Source: Promethearchaeota archaeon (GTDB taxonomy: Archaea; Asgardarchaeota; Heimdallarchaeia; Hodarchaeales; Hodarchaeaceae). Taken from it: DNA of 64,000 nucleotides. The DNA lies in contig JBHLMN010000001.1 of the NCBI GenBank assembly GCA_048938105.1, positions 128,001 to 192,000 on the forward strand. Direction: 5' to 3'. Below the pieces are notes generated by a model, which had not been told where the DNA came from, did no database searches, and saw only the letters and a program-made list of their open reading frames with translations. The translations under genes and the position numbers were made by a program. This document shows positions 9,608-18,378 of this stretch, one piece after another; the first letter of the stretch is position 1, and each line of letters starts with the position of its first letter.

Positions 9608-10948
9608 ATGGGAGCTGAGAAAAAAATCGGGAGACCAACAAAAATACCTCCTAAAAGTCAATTCATTGAAGCTTGTAAATTATGTGAGACAATAGAAGAA
9701 GTTGCTCGGAAATTAGACATTTCTAAACGATCTGCTTATAGATATGCTAGATTCTATGGATTAAATCTCAATCATTTTGAAATTCCCTTTAGGTACCCAC
9801 CCCTTCCTGACTCAAGAAGAGTCCGATATATGATTTGCAAAATGTTTCTAAGGAATCACTCAGCAATTGAAACGTACAAACAGTTAAATAAATCGCTATA
9901 TTGGAAGAGAGAAAGGATTACAAGGATTTTAAGAGATGAAGGATTTGTCATCTATCGAAAGAATGCATGTAAGATAGTTAAACATCTTAATGGAGCTCAT
10001 AATAAATCAATCTCTAATGAGCTACAAAAAATAATCGATGGAGAAGTACTAGGTGACGGTCAATTGTTTTCTCAGTCTAAAGACTTCAAACAGAAGAGTA
10101 TTAACAAACCTCTTTCAGAATATTTACTTACTTTTAATAGACTTACGAACCTAAACAAAAAAGAAATTACTAATGATAGAGAACTCAAGAAAATAATTTC
10201 CGAATATAACAGCCTTATTCGGAGTCTCCTGAAAGCTCAAGTGGCTGGATTTCATATTCACAAATCACTACTTGAGGAGCCATGGATTAGATGGCTAGCA
10301 AACCTATTTAACAAGCATAATTATTCAGTAACCATAGTTCCTCCCAAAAAAACAGTATATATGATTACACAGAGTACAGTACAACTTCATCAAGAGTATA
10401 AGAAATGGTATTCGAAGAAAAGAAAGGAAATTCCAACCACTTTACGATTAACACCAACTACCTTTTTACACTGGTATGTTGGAGATGGATCCGCTTCAAA
10501 AAATACGTTAACATTAAATACACAAAGTTTCAATGAAAAAAACCATAAATTTCTGCAGGAACTTCTAAAGAAAACCATAAGAGTCAAAACAAGAATTCAA
10601 CCATATTTTAGCTGGAGATATCCACGAAAAACACTCTTTAAGCTTTGTATTACTTCAAAAACTAATATAAACAAAATTTTTGAGTACCTTGAGAATGCTC
10701 CAAAAGATTCTTTATCATTAGCAAAACAACTACTTCCTTGGAAGTTTGATTGCAAATTAAGGAAAAAGGATGTATATAATCCTAAAAAAAGGTTTGTAGC
10801 CGATAATTACTTGAATTTTTTTGTAAAAACGGTAAAAAAGGTTGAAAAAAACCCATTGGAACGAAGTAGACGTCTTAATGTTCTGTTTCCTTGGAAATTT
10901 CCAATAAAGAATGAGATGCATATAGCAATAAATTGTAATAAGAATTAA
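9608..10948 (+). mobile_element. Free-standing double-motif LAGLIDADG homing endonuclease with N-terminal HTH
   Basis: Motif 1 IIDGEVLGDG and motif 2 LHWYVGDGS followed by LTLNTQSF (LAGLIDADG_2 / I-SceI-like pattern); N-terminal GRPTKI + IEEVARKLDISKRSAYRY HTH; very Lys-rich. Confidence 0.8.
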
Positions 10949-10949
10949 A

Positions 10950-11984
10950 ATGAATTTAACACGTAAACAATTCAGAAGTAAGGCTTTATTATATCGTTGT
11001 CTGCATAATTCATCTGTTCAATGTAATACATGTTGGCATAAGTGTATTATTAAGGAAGGGGGTCATGGTAGATGTAAAACTCGCATTAATATCAGAGGCA
11101 CATTATTTACGGAAACGTATGGGATGATTTCTACATTATCACTCAACCCAATCGAAAAAAAACCATTATTTCATTATTACCCTGGTTCGTATGCTTTAAC
11201 AATCGGGAGCATAGGATGCAATTTTTCATGTCCATGGTGTCAGAACTGGAGTATTAGTAAGTGTTACCCATCTGAAGTTCATTATCCTCGATTTATGAGC
11301 CCTACTGATCTAGTCAATAGGACAGAAAAGAATGATAAAATAAGCGGGATATCAATTTCGTTCAATGAACCCACATTATCATTGGAGTACTCATTAGATG
11401 TATTTCATCAATGCAAACCTAAAACGTATCGAATGTTCGTGACTAATGGTTATATGACGAGTCAAGCGCTAAAATTGCTCATTAAAGCAGGAATGAGTGG
11501 AATGACTGTGACAGTCAAGGGGAGTAAAAAAACAGTTAAACAATATTGCAAAACAAATGTGGAAAAAGTATGGGAAAATATCCGAACAGCCTTCGAAAAA
11601 GGAGTGCATATTGAAGTGGTCTGTCTGATAATTCCTACGGTTAATGACTCAATCGAATTTTATCATGAAGTTGCAATACGGTTAAGGGATATTAATTCCA
11701 ACATTCCACTTCATTTTACCAGATTCCACCCTGATTATCAGTTCACAAATGTGGACTCGACTCCAATCAAAACATTAGAAGTAGCTCATGGAACGGCGCA
11801 ATCTGAAGGACTATCGTATGTCTACTTAGGAAATGTACCTGGTCATCCTTTAGAAAATACTTATTGTCCAAATTGTCAAACATTACTCATCAAACGAACC
11901 ATTTACCAGATAGATATGAAATATGATGTCAAGACTCAACGTTGTCCCTCCTGTGGAACATCCATTCCTATATTTCTTGGTTAA
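10950..11984 (+). CDS. amrS: AmmeMemoRadiSam system radical SAM enzyme
   Basis: CxxCxHxC...C N-terminus, PIEKKPLFHYYPG, GCNFSCPWCQNW, NEP, PLHFTRFHPDY, YVYLGNVPG, C-terminal CPNC/CPSC. Confidence 0.92.
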   Translation: MNLTRKQFRSKALLYRCLHNSSVQCNTCWHKCIIKEGGHGRCKTRINIRGTLFTETYGMISTLSLNPIEKKPLFHYYPGSYALTIGSIGCNFSCPWCQNWSISKCYPSEVHYPRFMSPTDLVNRTEKNDKISGISISFNEPTLSLEYSLDVFHQCKPKTYRMFVTNGYMTSQALKLLIKAGMSGMTVTVKGSKKTVKQYCKTNVEKVWENIRTAFEKGVHIEVVCLIIPTVNDSIEFYHEVAIRLRDINSNIPLHFTRFHPDYQFTNVDSTPIKTLEVAHGTAQSEGLSYVYLGNVPGHPLENTYCPNCQTLLIKRTIYQIDMKYDVKTQRCPSCGTSIPIFLG

Positions 11985-12648
11985 CTTTGACCAAGGCTAA
12001 ATTTTGCAGATATTGTTTGATTTCTTCTGGTACTAGTAAAAGGGCGGCAGCAATAGCTCCTATCTGTGCATTGACAACATGATCTGCAGTACCAACAATG
12101 ACAACTACTTTTTCCCAAGGAATTTTTTTCGTTATTGTGGATAATTTTCTCCTAGCTTTTCTATCTAACAAAGCTACCTGAGGTAATGGAGGATAAACTG
12201 CATCTAGGAGATAAAAATTTCCTGATTTTTCTTTAAGGAATATAGTACATCCTAACGCTCCGTTCATAAGAGCTTCATCACGTAGAACTACTGTGTTAAG
12301 CTGATCAATACCTGAACCTTCAACACAGGCAATAGCATCCTTTTTCCCTAGAGTATAATTACGTCCTAAGTAGATACGATGAGTTGGAATGCGGACATAT
12401 TGTTGACATCTCCTCCACACCTCTTTCCCTTGAGTAGTGAATTGGTGCCCTAATCTTTGACTCAATCTTTCTATAAGCTCTGTTTTTACCAATTTCTCTA
12501 AAATTATCCGAGTTTGAGCATTGGAGATACCTAGCTTACGTGACAACTTGTACCTCCCTATTGGTTGGTTCTGGTCTAGAAGAAGGAGTGAAAACAAGAA
12601 GTATGTTGTAGACTGGGTTGGTCTTACTGAGGAAATAAATAACACCAC
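11968..12648 (-). CDS. Archaeal HTH transcriptional regulator (PH0730/DUF4443-like)
   Basis: QPIGRYKLSRKLGIS winged HTH, LRDEALMNGALGCT and VIVGTA C-terminal motifs. Confidence 0.7.
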   Translation of the reverse strand: MVLFISSVRPTQSTTYFLFSLLLLDQNQPIGRYKLSRKLGISNAQTRIILEKLVKTELIERLSQRLGHQFTTQGKEVWRRCQQYVRIPTHRIYLGRNYTLGKKDAIACVEGSGIDQLNTVVLRDEALMNGALGCTIFLKEKSGNFYLLDAVYPPLPQVALLDRKARRKLSTITKKIPWEKVVVIVGTADHVVNAQIGAIAAALLLVPEEIKQYLQNLALVKVNQEI

Positions 12649-12819
12649 TACACTTTGATCTTTTACATCTTTTATACTTTGGATAGAATATTAAGATCTA
12701 CTCAAGATTTTACTGGAAATCTTTGTTTTAGCCTTAAATAATCCGCAATCAAGTGTTAGTAGTTTAATTTTTCTCAACAGAAAATTAATCAGTTGTGAAA
12801 TAGATCTTGTATATGAATA

Positions 12820-13818
12820 ATGATGGAGAACTACGACCGATTTTCAGTATTAAAAGCTACTTTTGCAAGTCAAAAAACAGATAAAGTTCCCTATGCCCTA
12901 TGGAAACATTTTCCTGAAGCAGATAAAACCTCCGAAGGATTAGCGAAAGCTCAACTCGATTTTCAAAAGAGATTCAACTCAGATCTCATGAAAATCTCAC
13001 CTCATGGCAGCTATTGTGTAGTAGACTTTGGTGGAACACTAGGAGATTATAATCCACTTTCAGGTTCTCGTATTTGTAAGCAGCCCCCAATTTCGTCCTT
13101 AAGTGACTGGGAAACGTTAGAACCCGTTGATCCCAACGATGGTGAGTTCGGTGTACAGATCAAAGCAGTGGAACTAATTCATAGAGAAGTTGAGAACGTC
13201 ATCCCGACCATGATGACTGTTTTTTCTCCATTTATGGTAGGTACTAAACTAGATCCTTCATTACTAGAGCATTTAATGCAAAACCGTCAACTTCTCCTCA
13301 GTCAAATTGGTATGCTCACGAAGCTCACAAGTGAATTTGCGAACGCTGTTCTAGAAGCTGGGGCTGATGGGCTGTTTCTCGCCACTCAGCACTTTAATTC
13401 TGCTTTAGCAAAGGAGGAAATACAAAATTTTGAATTTCAACCGATGAAATCACTCTTGCTAAATGTTACCAAAAGGTCTACATTTAATATACTCCATTTA
13501 CATGGTGAAGCTCCTTACTTCACGTGGGCGACTCAACTTCCAAACATAACTGGCATAAATTGGCACGACCAAAGAACCACTCCGAGGATTCAAGAAGCAC
13601 GTCAAGATTACACCGGCGTATTATTAGGAGGACTTGATGAAATGAATTTACTCCGAAAGGGTACTAAAGAGGAGATCCAACAATCAATTGAAACAATCTT
13701 TAGAGAGTTTAATGAAAGAGGATTAATTTTTGCTCCAGGTTGTGTTTTACCCCAGGATGTTTCAGATGAAAATCTTAAGGCGGTAATTGATACTGTAAAC
13801 TCATTGGCTCCAATTTAA
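12820..13818 (+). CDS. Uroporphyrinogen decarboxylase / MtaA-like (URO-D fold) family protein
   Basis: WKHFP, TVFSPF, GADG, LHLHG, LLGGLD and FAPGC motifs. Confidence 0.8.
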   Translation: MMENYDRFSVLKATFASQKTDKVPYALWKHFPEADKTSEGLAKAQLDFQKRFNSDLMKISPHGSYCVVDFGGTLGDYNPLSGSRICKQPPISSLSDWETLEPVDPNDGEFGVQIKAVELIHREVENVIPTMMTVFSPFMVGTKLDPSLLEHLMQNRQLLLSQIGMLTKLTSEFANAVLEAGADGLFLATQHFNSALAKEEIQNFEFQPMKSLLLNVTKRSTFNILHLHGEAPYFTWATQLPNITGINWHDQRTTPRIQEARQDYTGVLLGGLDEMNLLRKGTKEEIQQSIETIFREFNERGLIFAPGCVLPQDVSDENLKAVIDTVNSLAPI

Positions 13819-13951
13819 TTCCCATATTTCCTTTTTAATGTAATATTTCATCCCTTCTACCCAGGAATAAGAACGTGCAAGTTGCTCTTCCTAGTGTAAT
13901 TGATAACCATCCTTTCAGAGGGGGATTCAAATCGCCTCTATTTTTCCCATT

Positions 13952-16924
13952 TTATCGCATATTACACAACTCTCGTGTTTTTTGTCCTGCTTTGATGGTA
14001 ATCACCACTAAATTTGAGAAAACAATTAACAGGATAAGCCCGATATCCATTTTGGGACCAATAATAACTCCACCGATATTCACGTTTCGTAAAGTAGGAA
14101 AAACAGTCATAATCCACATTCCTAAATATGCTCCTAATACACTTGCTATCAATCCCAAGAGAGTAAGATGTACTACTACTCCAAAGATTATTTGATCTCT
14201 TGTTGCCCCTAGTTGCTGAAATGTTTTTAATGTTTTTTCATTGGAAACGATAGGATGAGAAATAACAGAAGCAATACTTAGAAGTGATAAACTTGAGACT
14301 ATTATTACTAAGCTTGTGAATGTCGTTGTAAAAATCCTTAACGATGATTGTAAAAACCCTGATACATATTCAGATGATAATACAACCGAAAAAGTGCCTA
14401 ATTTTCTTTTATTTACATAACTACCGATTTCTTCATTAGGATTCATGGTTTCAATCTGAATTTCTAGGTTTGTTTCGTCTACAGCGAAGTCTAAAGGTTG
14501 ACTGGGAAAGGTCTGTTCATTATAGACAATATGTATTGAACAGTTTCCCCAAGGAATCTCATAAAACACAGCTTCTCCATTATTATTGGTAAATTCCATG
14601 TACTCAATGTCATAATATTCATTAACTAATTCAACATAAGCTTGGGGGATTTTCTGATAGAATTGATTGGTCAAACTAATAGATATCGTTCCAGTAAATT
14701 CGATAAGCCTTTTAATTGATGCATATGTACTCTCTACATAAGAGAGGTTTTGTTCAAGCAAAAATTCTCCCTTAGATATTGAAAGGGAATAATTAATGCC
14801 TATAGGGAAGAATAATTCTGCTAAACCGCTTGAATTTGAAGTTCCTCGATAAGTAATCTCGGTCTCTCTATTCTTTACTGAAATAATGGCTTCTGAGACG
14901 GGATACCCAGTTACAGACTGAGTTGAAACCATTAGACGAACTTTCCCTAGTTTTATCACGCAATTTTGATTTTTAAAATCAATTTTAAGACTTTTTGTCT
15001 GGGTGAATCCATCTTTTTCGGCTAAAACTTGATAAATACCTGGTTCAGAGAGACTGATACTTAAATGACCTGAAGAATCTGTTTTACCAGAGGAAACTGT
15101 ATTAGATTCCTTAAGAATTACGATATTACAATCTGATAAGACATTATTAGAAACATCCCCCAATGTACCATTATAAGCTACAATATCTAATTGATAAGAC
15201 TTAAGAAAATTAATGATCAATGTTGAGGTACTTACGAAAAAAATACTTTGCTTATATATCCTACTTTGATTCTCTATTGGAATAGCAATGACATCGTAAT
15301 CTAAACCAACCTCTAGCTGAAAATCAACTATACCATCAGTCTTTGTTAAAGCCTTAAAAACCTCTCCATCATACCTTATAATGGTTAGATTTGCTGATTC
15401 CAAGGCTTGTTCATTTTCTCCACGAACCCAAACTTTTAGAGAAGCAGGTCCTATATAGAGGATCTTATATGTACTCTGATTAATAAAAGCAGAAAACTTT
15501 CTCACAAGATTATTATATTGAAATTCAACCTGGTAGTTCCCACGATCCAAATAAATTGTAGTTCCACTTTGGAAATTATCATTATAATAATATACTACAT
15601 TTGTTAAATTCACTTTTCTTAAAATCCTCACTACTCCTCCATCAACCTGTAACCCTGATGAAATATTTGAGATGATTAAATTCAATGAACATTCCAATTC
15701 TATGTTTAACTGCATTGATTGGTTTAATCTAATCTCAGTTAGCCTTTCAATCCCTTTATAGTTCACTTTAACAAAATAGAAGTTCTCTGGGGTATTTAAA
15801 AATTGAGTAAAACCTTCTTCATTTGTGTGGGAGAAATTTAATTCTCTTGGATTAAATCGGTTTATCAACAAAACTGAAGCATTGAATACAGGTTGCTTGT
15901 TATATGAAACATTGAGCTGAAGATTATAATAATAACCACCTATTATTATTTCAAAAGGATTTAAAAAACTTTGATTAACAAATATCTTTAATGGTTGGCT
16001 GTTTGGTGCTCCAATGGGAGTTGCAACGAATTCATAGGTCCCAAATCGTAAACTGAATTCTGTTTTATTCTGCGAATCTATTATTTGTGTCTCAACAAGT
16101 TCTCCAAACGAAGTATAAGCCACGATTGGAGTTCCTATTAACTTTCTTGCGAGTTTGGGGTCACGACTATTGAGAGAAATAGGAACAGTAAATTCAGTGT
16201 TTATTATATCAGATAAAGTTTCCTTAGAAATAATCTCCTCATCAATTAATACTCGAAGAATAGACACAAATGAATATTCTTTATCAGTTATGGTTTTTCC
16301 TAAGTCTAAAGAAACAAGTATTTCTTCATCACAAGGAGAATTTGACTGGATTATTCCAGTGATTAGCACTTCCACAACCATATCTGTCAAAGTACTTGCT
16401 AATTGGATTTTATCACCACAGCTCAAACCTAGACCTGAAGCTAATAAATACCCTACCATGGCTCCATTAAGCTGGGTGTCATTAGTATGAGGATTATCGA
16501 TTTGACTAAAGGCTGGATTGAACCACGAACCAGCTGTAACATTAGTAGGAGTAAGTTTACTAAAATTAGATGTGATCCCCCGTACAACTATTGATTTATC
16601 ATTTAAATTCTGTGCAATAGTAATTCCTAAAGTTTCAGGACTGATTGATATGACACCCTTTATCTTTTGAATGTCGCGTTGCATTGATTCAGGAACTTTT
16701 CCTGTGAAAGGGGTTGTGACTCCAGGCTGTGTGACAATTAGAATGTTATCCGCACCTCCAATAAAGAATTCTTCGTCTCTCACACCTAACATAAATGCAC
16801 CAATAGCCCCTGAAGTTGTAGAGATAAATATGATACCCACCAAAAATAACCAAATATCTCTTAGAGTGAAGATCTGTATTTTGGTTAATTTTGTAATATT
16901 ACTACGGATTATATTTTTCAACAA
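13952..16924 (-). CDS. FtsX-like ABC permease with large extracellular array of carboxypeptidase-regulatory/Cna-B-like beta domains
   Basis: N-terminal TM, MacB-like domain, repeated T(D/N)xxG...F...G-x-Y units, C-terminal QLGATRDQI + 3 TMs. Confidence 0.8.
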   Translation of the reverse strand: MLKNIIRSNITKLTKIQIFTLRDIWLFLVGIIFISTTSGAIGAFMLGVRDEEFFIGGADNILIVTQPGVTTPFTGKVPESMQRDIQKIKGVISISPETLGITIAQNLNDKSIVVRGITSNFSKLTPTNVTAGSWFNPAFSQIDNPHTNDTQLNGAMVGYLLASGLGLSCGDKIQLASTLTDMVVEVLITGIIQSNSPCDEEILVSLDLGKTITDKEYSFVSILRVLIDEEIISKETLSDIINTEFTVPISLNSRDPKLARKLIGTPIVAYTSFGELVETQIIDSQNKTEFSLRFGTYEFVATPIGAPNSQPLKIFVNQSFLNPFEIIIGGYYYNLQLNVSYNKQPVFNASVLLINRFNPRELNFSHTNEEGFTQFLNTPENFYFVKVNYKGIERLTEIRLNQSMQLNIELECSLNLIISNISSGLQVDGGVVRILRKVNLTNVVYYYNDNFQSGTTIYLDRGNYQVEFQYNNLVRKFSAFINQSTYKILYIGPASLKVWVRGENEQALESANLTIIRYDGEVFKALTKTDGIVDFQLEVGLDYDVIAIPIENQSRIYKQSIFFVSTSTLIINFLKSYQLDIVAYNGTLGDVSNNVLSDCNIVILKESNTVSSGKTDSSGHLSISLSEPGIYQVLAEKDGFTQTKSLKIDFKNQNCVIKLGKVRLMVSTQSVTGYPVSEAIISVKNRETEITYRGTSNSSGLAELFFPIGINYSLSISKGEFLLEQNLSYVESTYASIKRLIEFTGTISISLTNQFYQKIPQAYVELVNEYYDIEYMEFTNNNGEAVFYEIPWGNCSIHIVYNEQTFPSQPLDFAVDETNLEIQIETMNPNEEIGSYVNKRKLGTFSVVLSSEYVSGFLQSSLRIFTTTFTSLVIIVSSLSLLSIASVISHPIVSNEKTLKTFQQLGATRDQIIFGVVVHLTLLGLIASVLGAYLGMWIMTVFPTLRNVNIGGVIIGPKMDIGLILLIVFSNLVVITIKAGQKTRELCNMR

Positions 16925-16931
16925 GTAATTC

Positions 16932-18104
16932 CTACCTTTCTATGCCATGTGTGGATAATGAAAGAATACTGGGTTTTTTCTGTGTTATGATAATAGCAGG
17001 ATAGATGATTGCTAACAATATTACAAAATTTGATATTATAAACAATGTTAGTATCGTTGGAATCACAAAATCTGGGATAATAAATCCAACATTGAAGAAT
17101 AATGTCAAAATTGTGAATATTAAGGAGGGAATTAAAAATCCAAAAAAAAGGCCAACGAAAAAACCGATATTCCCAATTATTCCAGCTAAGACCACGATCA
17201 AAAAAACCAACTGAGGAACTGACATTCCCATTGATCTCATAATCAACAGATCTCGCTCATATTTTCGGATAAACCAAGAAACAGAATGAAAAATCCGAAT
17301 TAAAGCAATTACGAAAAAGACACCATAAAGGATGTTTAATTGAGCAATAATATCAGAGAAAAGGCTAATTGTGAAAATATCTGCTTGTCGTTCTGCTTTT
17401 ATGGTTATTGTTGGATAGTAATCTTGTAAAAGGTTTCTTAATGAAATTATCGTTTCATCAACAAATTTCTCATTTTTTAAACGGATTTTAATTCGTTGAT
17501 ATAAATTCTGATTGAATTCCATAGCGAATATCCTGGTATAATCTGTGATGTCAATAATAATTGCACTCTGAAATTCCTTAACGTTTTGTACAAGACCGCT
17601 TACATGTAATTGATGTTGTATTCCACTTGAATTTTCGGTTAAGTTAATTTCCGAGGACCTAATAATTGATTGAAGGTCTTGTCCCATTAAACACTCTGTA
17701 ACGTTAACATTGAATTTAGGTAGTCGTCCGGCATAAATATCTGCTCTAGGGTAATAACTCATAAATTCTGATATATTTACACCAACTATAAGTGTATTGA
17801 ATTCCCCATTTCTTGATGAAACGGTTCTAATATGTTCCGCAATTGGGAGTACAAGTTTAATATTCGTATGATTAATCAATGTGAGGATCTCTGGATGTAT
17901 CCCGACAGAAGGATCCTTATTTTGAATAAATATACTTGGAGATCCACTCACAGTTTCGGTTATACCAAATATTTGAACAGTGAACCCTGAGATTACCCCA
18001 GATGTGGCAATCATCATTGAAATGATCAAAGCAAACCCCATAATCGACCGAAAGGAGTGTTTCTGGCTTCTGCCGATTATTCGGATCGTAAACTTTGTGA
18101 GCAA
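16932..18104 (-). CDS. FtsX-like ABC permease
   Basis: N-terminal TM, AGRLP, and ERDLLIMRSMGMS followed by TMs. Confidence 0.85.
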   Translation of the reverse strand: MLTKFTIRIIGRSQKHSFRSIMGFALIISMMIATSGVISGFTVQIFGITETVSGSPSIFIQNKDPSVGIHPEILTLINHTNIKLVLPIAEHIRTVSSRNGEFNTLIVGVNISEFMSYYPRADIYAGRLPKFNVNVTECLMGQDLQSIIRSSEINLTENSSGIQHQLHVSGLVQNVKEFQSAIIIDITDYTRIFAMEFNQNLYQRIKIRLKNEKFVDETIISLRNLLQDYYPTITIKAERQADIFTISLFSDIIAQLNILYGVFFVIALIRIFHSVSWFIRKYERDLLIMRSMGMSVPQLVFLIVVLAGIIGNIGFFVGLFFGFLIPSLIFTILTLFFNVGFIIPDFVIPTILTLFIISNFVILLAIIYPAIIITQKKPSILSLSTHGIER

Positions 18105-18378
18105 TAATTAAACACCTTTAATTAGGTTATAATAGAGACTATTTTAGTAGAGTTTGGAATTTTTTTGTGCTTTTTTGAAGCTAGACTTTCCATAAAAACT
18201 AAGAATGCAAGAAATTAATGTTATTACTTTTCGATTTTCCCTTACAACCTCAGCCTTTAATCATGATTATTCTTATGTATAACTTCTTTGAGTAATTAAG
18301 AACATTGTCTTCATACATACCTCAACAATCTCTTTATGCGGTATCGGAAAAATATAGAAAATAGGAAATGATGTTAAA

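Noticed and set aside
9391-10948. Intein or self-splicing intron interrupting amrS
   Set aside because: No in-frame continuity (stops, 217-bp gap) and no Hint block A/B. What follows is a full gene with its own N-terminus rather than a C-extein or exon. The endonuclease ending AIN-CNKN only superficially resembles an HN/C splice junction.
13917-13939. Hairpin terminator between the convergent URO-D and FtsX genes
   Set aside because: The stem is short and interrupted; archaeal termination usually relies on oligo-T tracts, so it cannot be supported.
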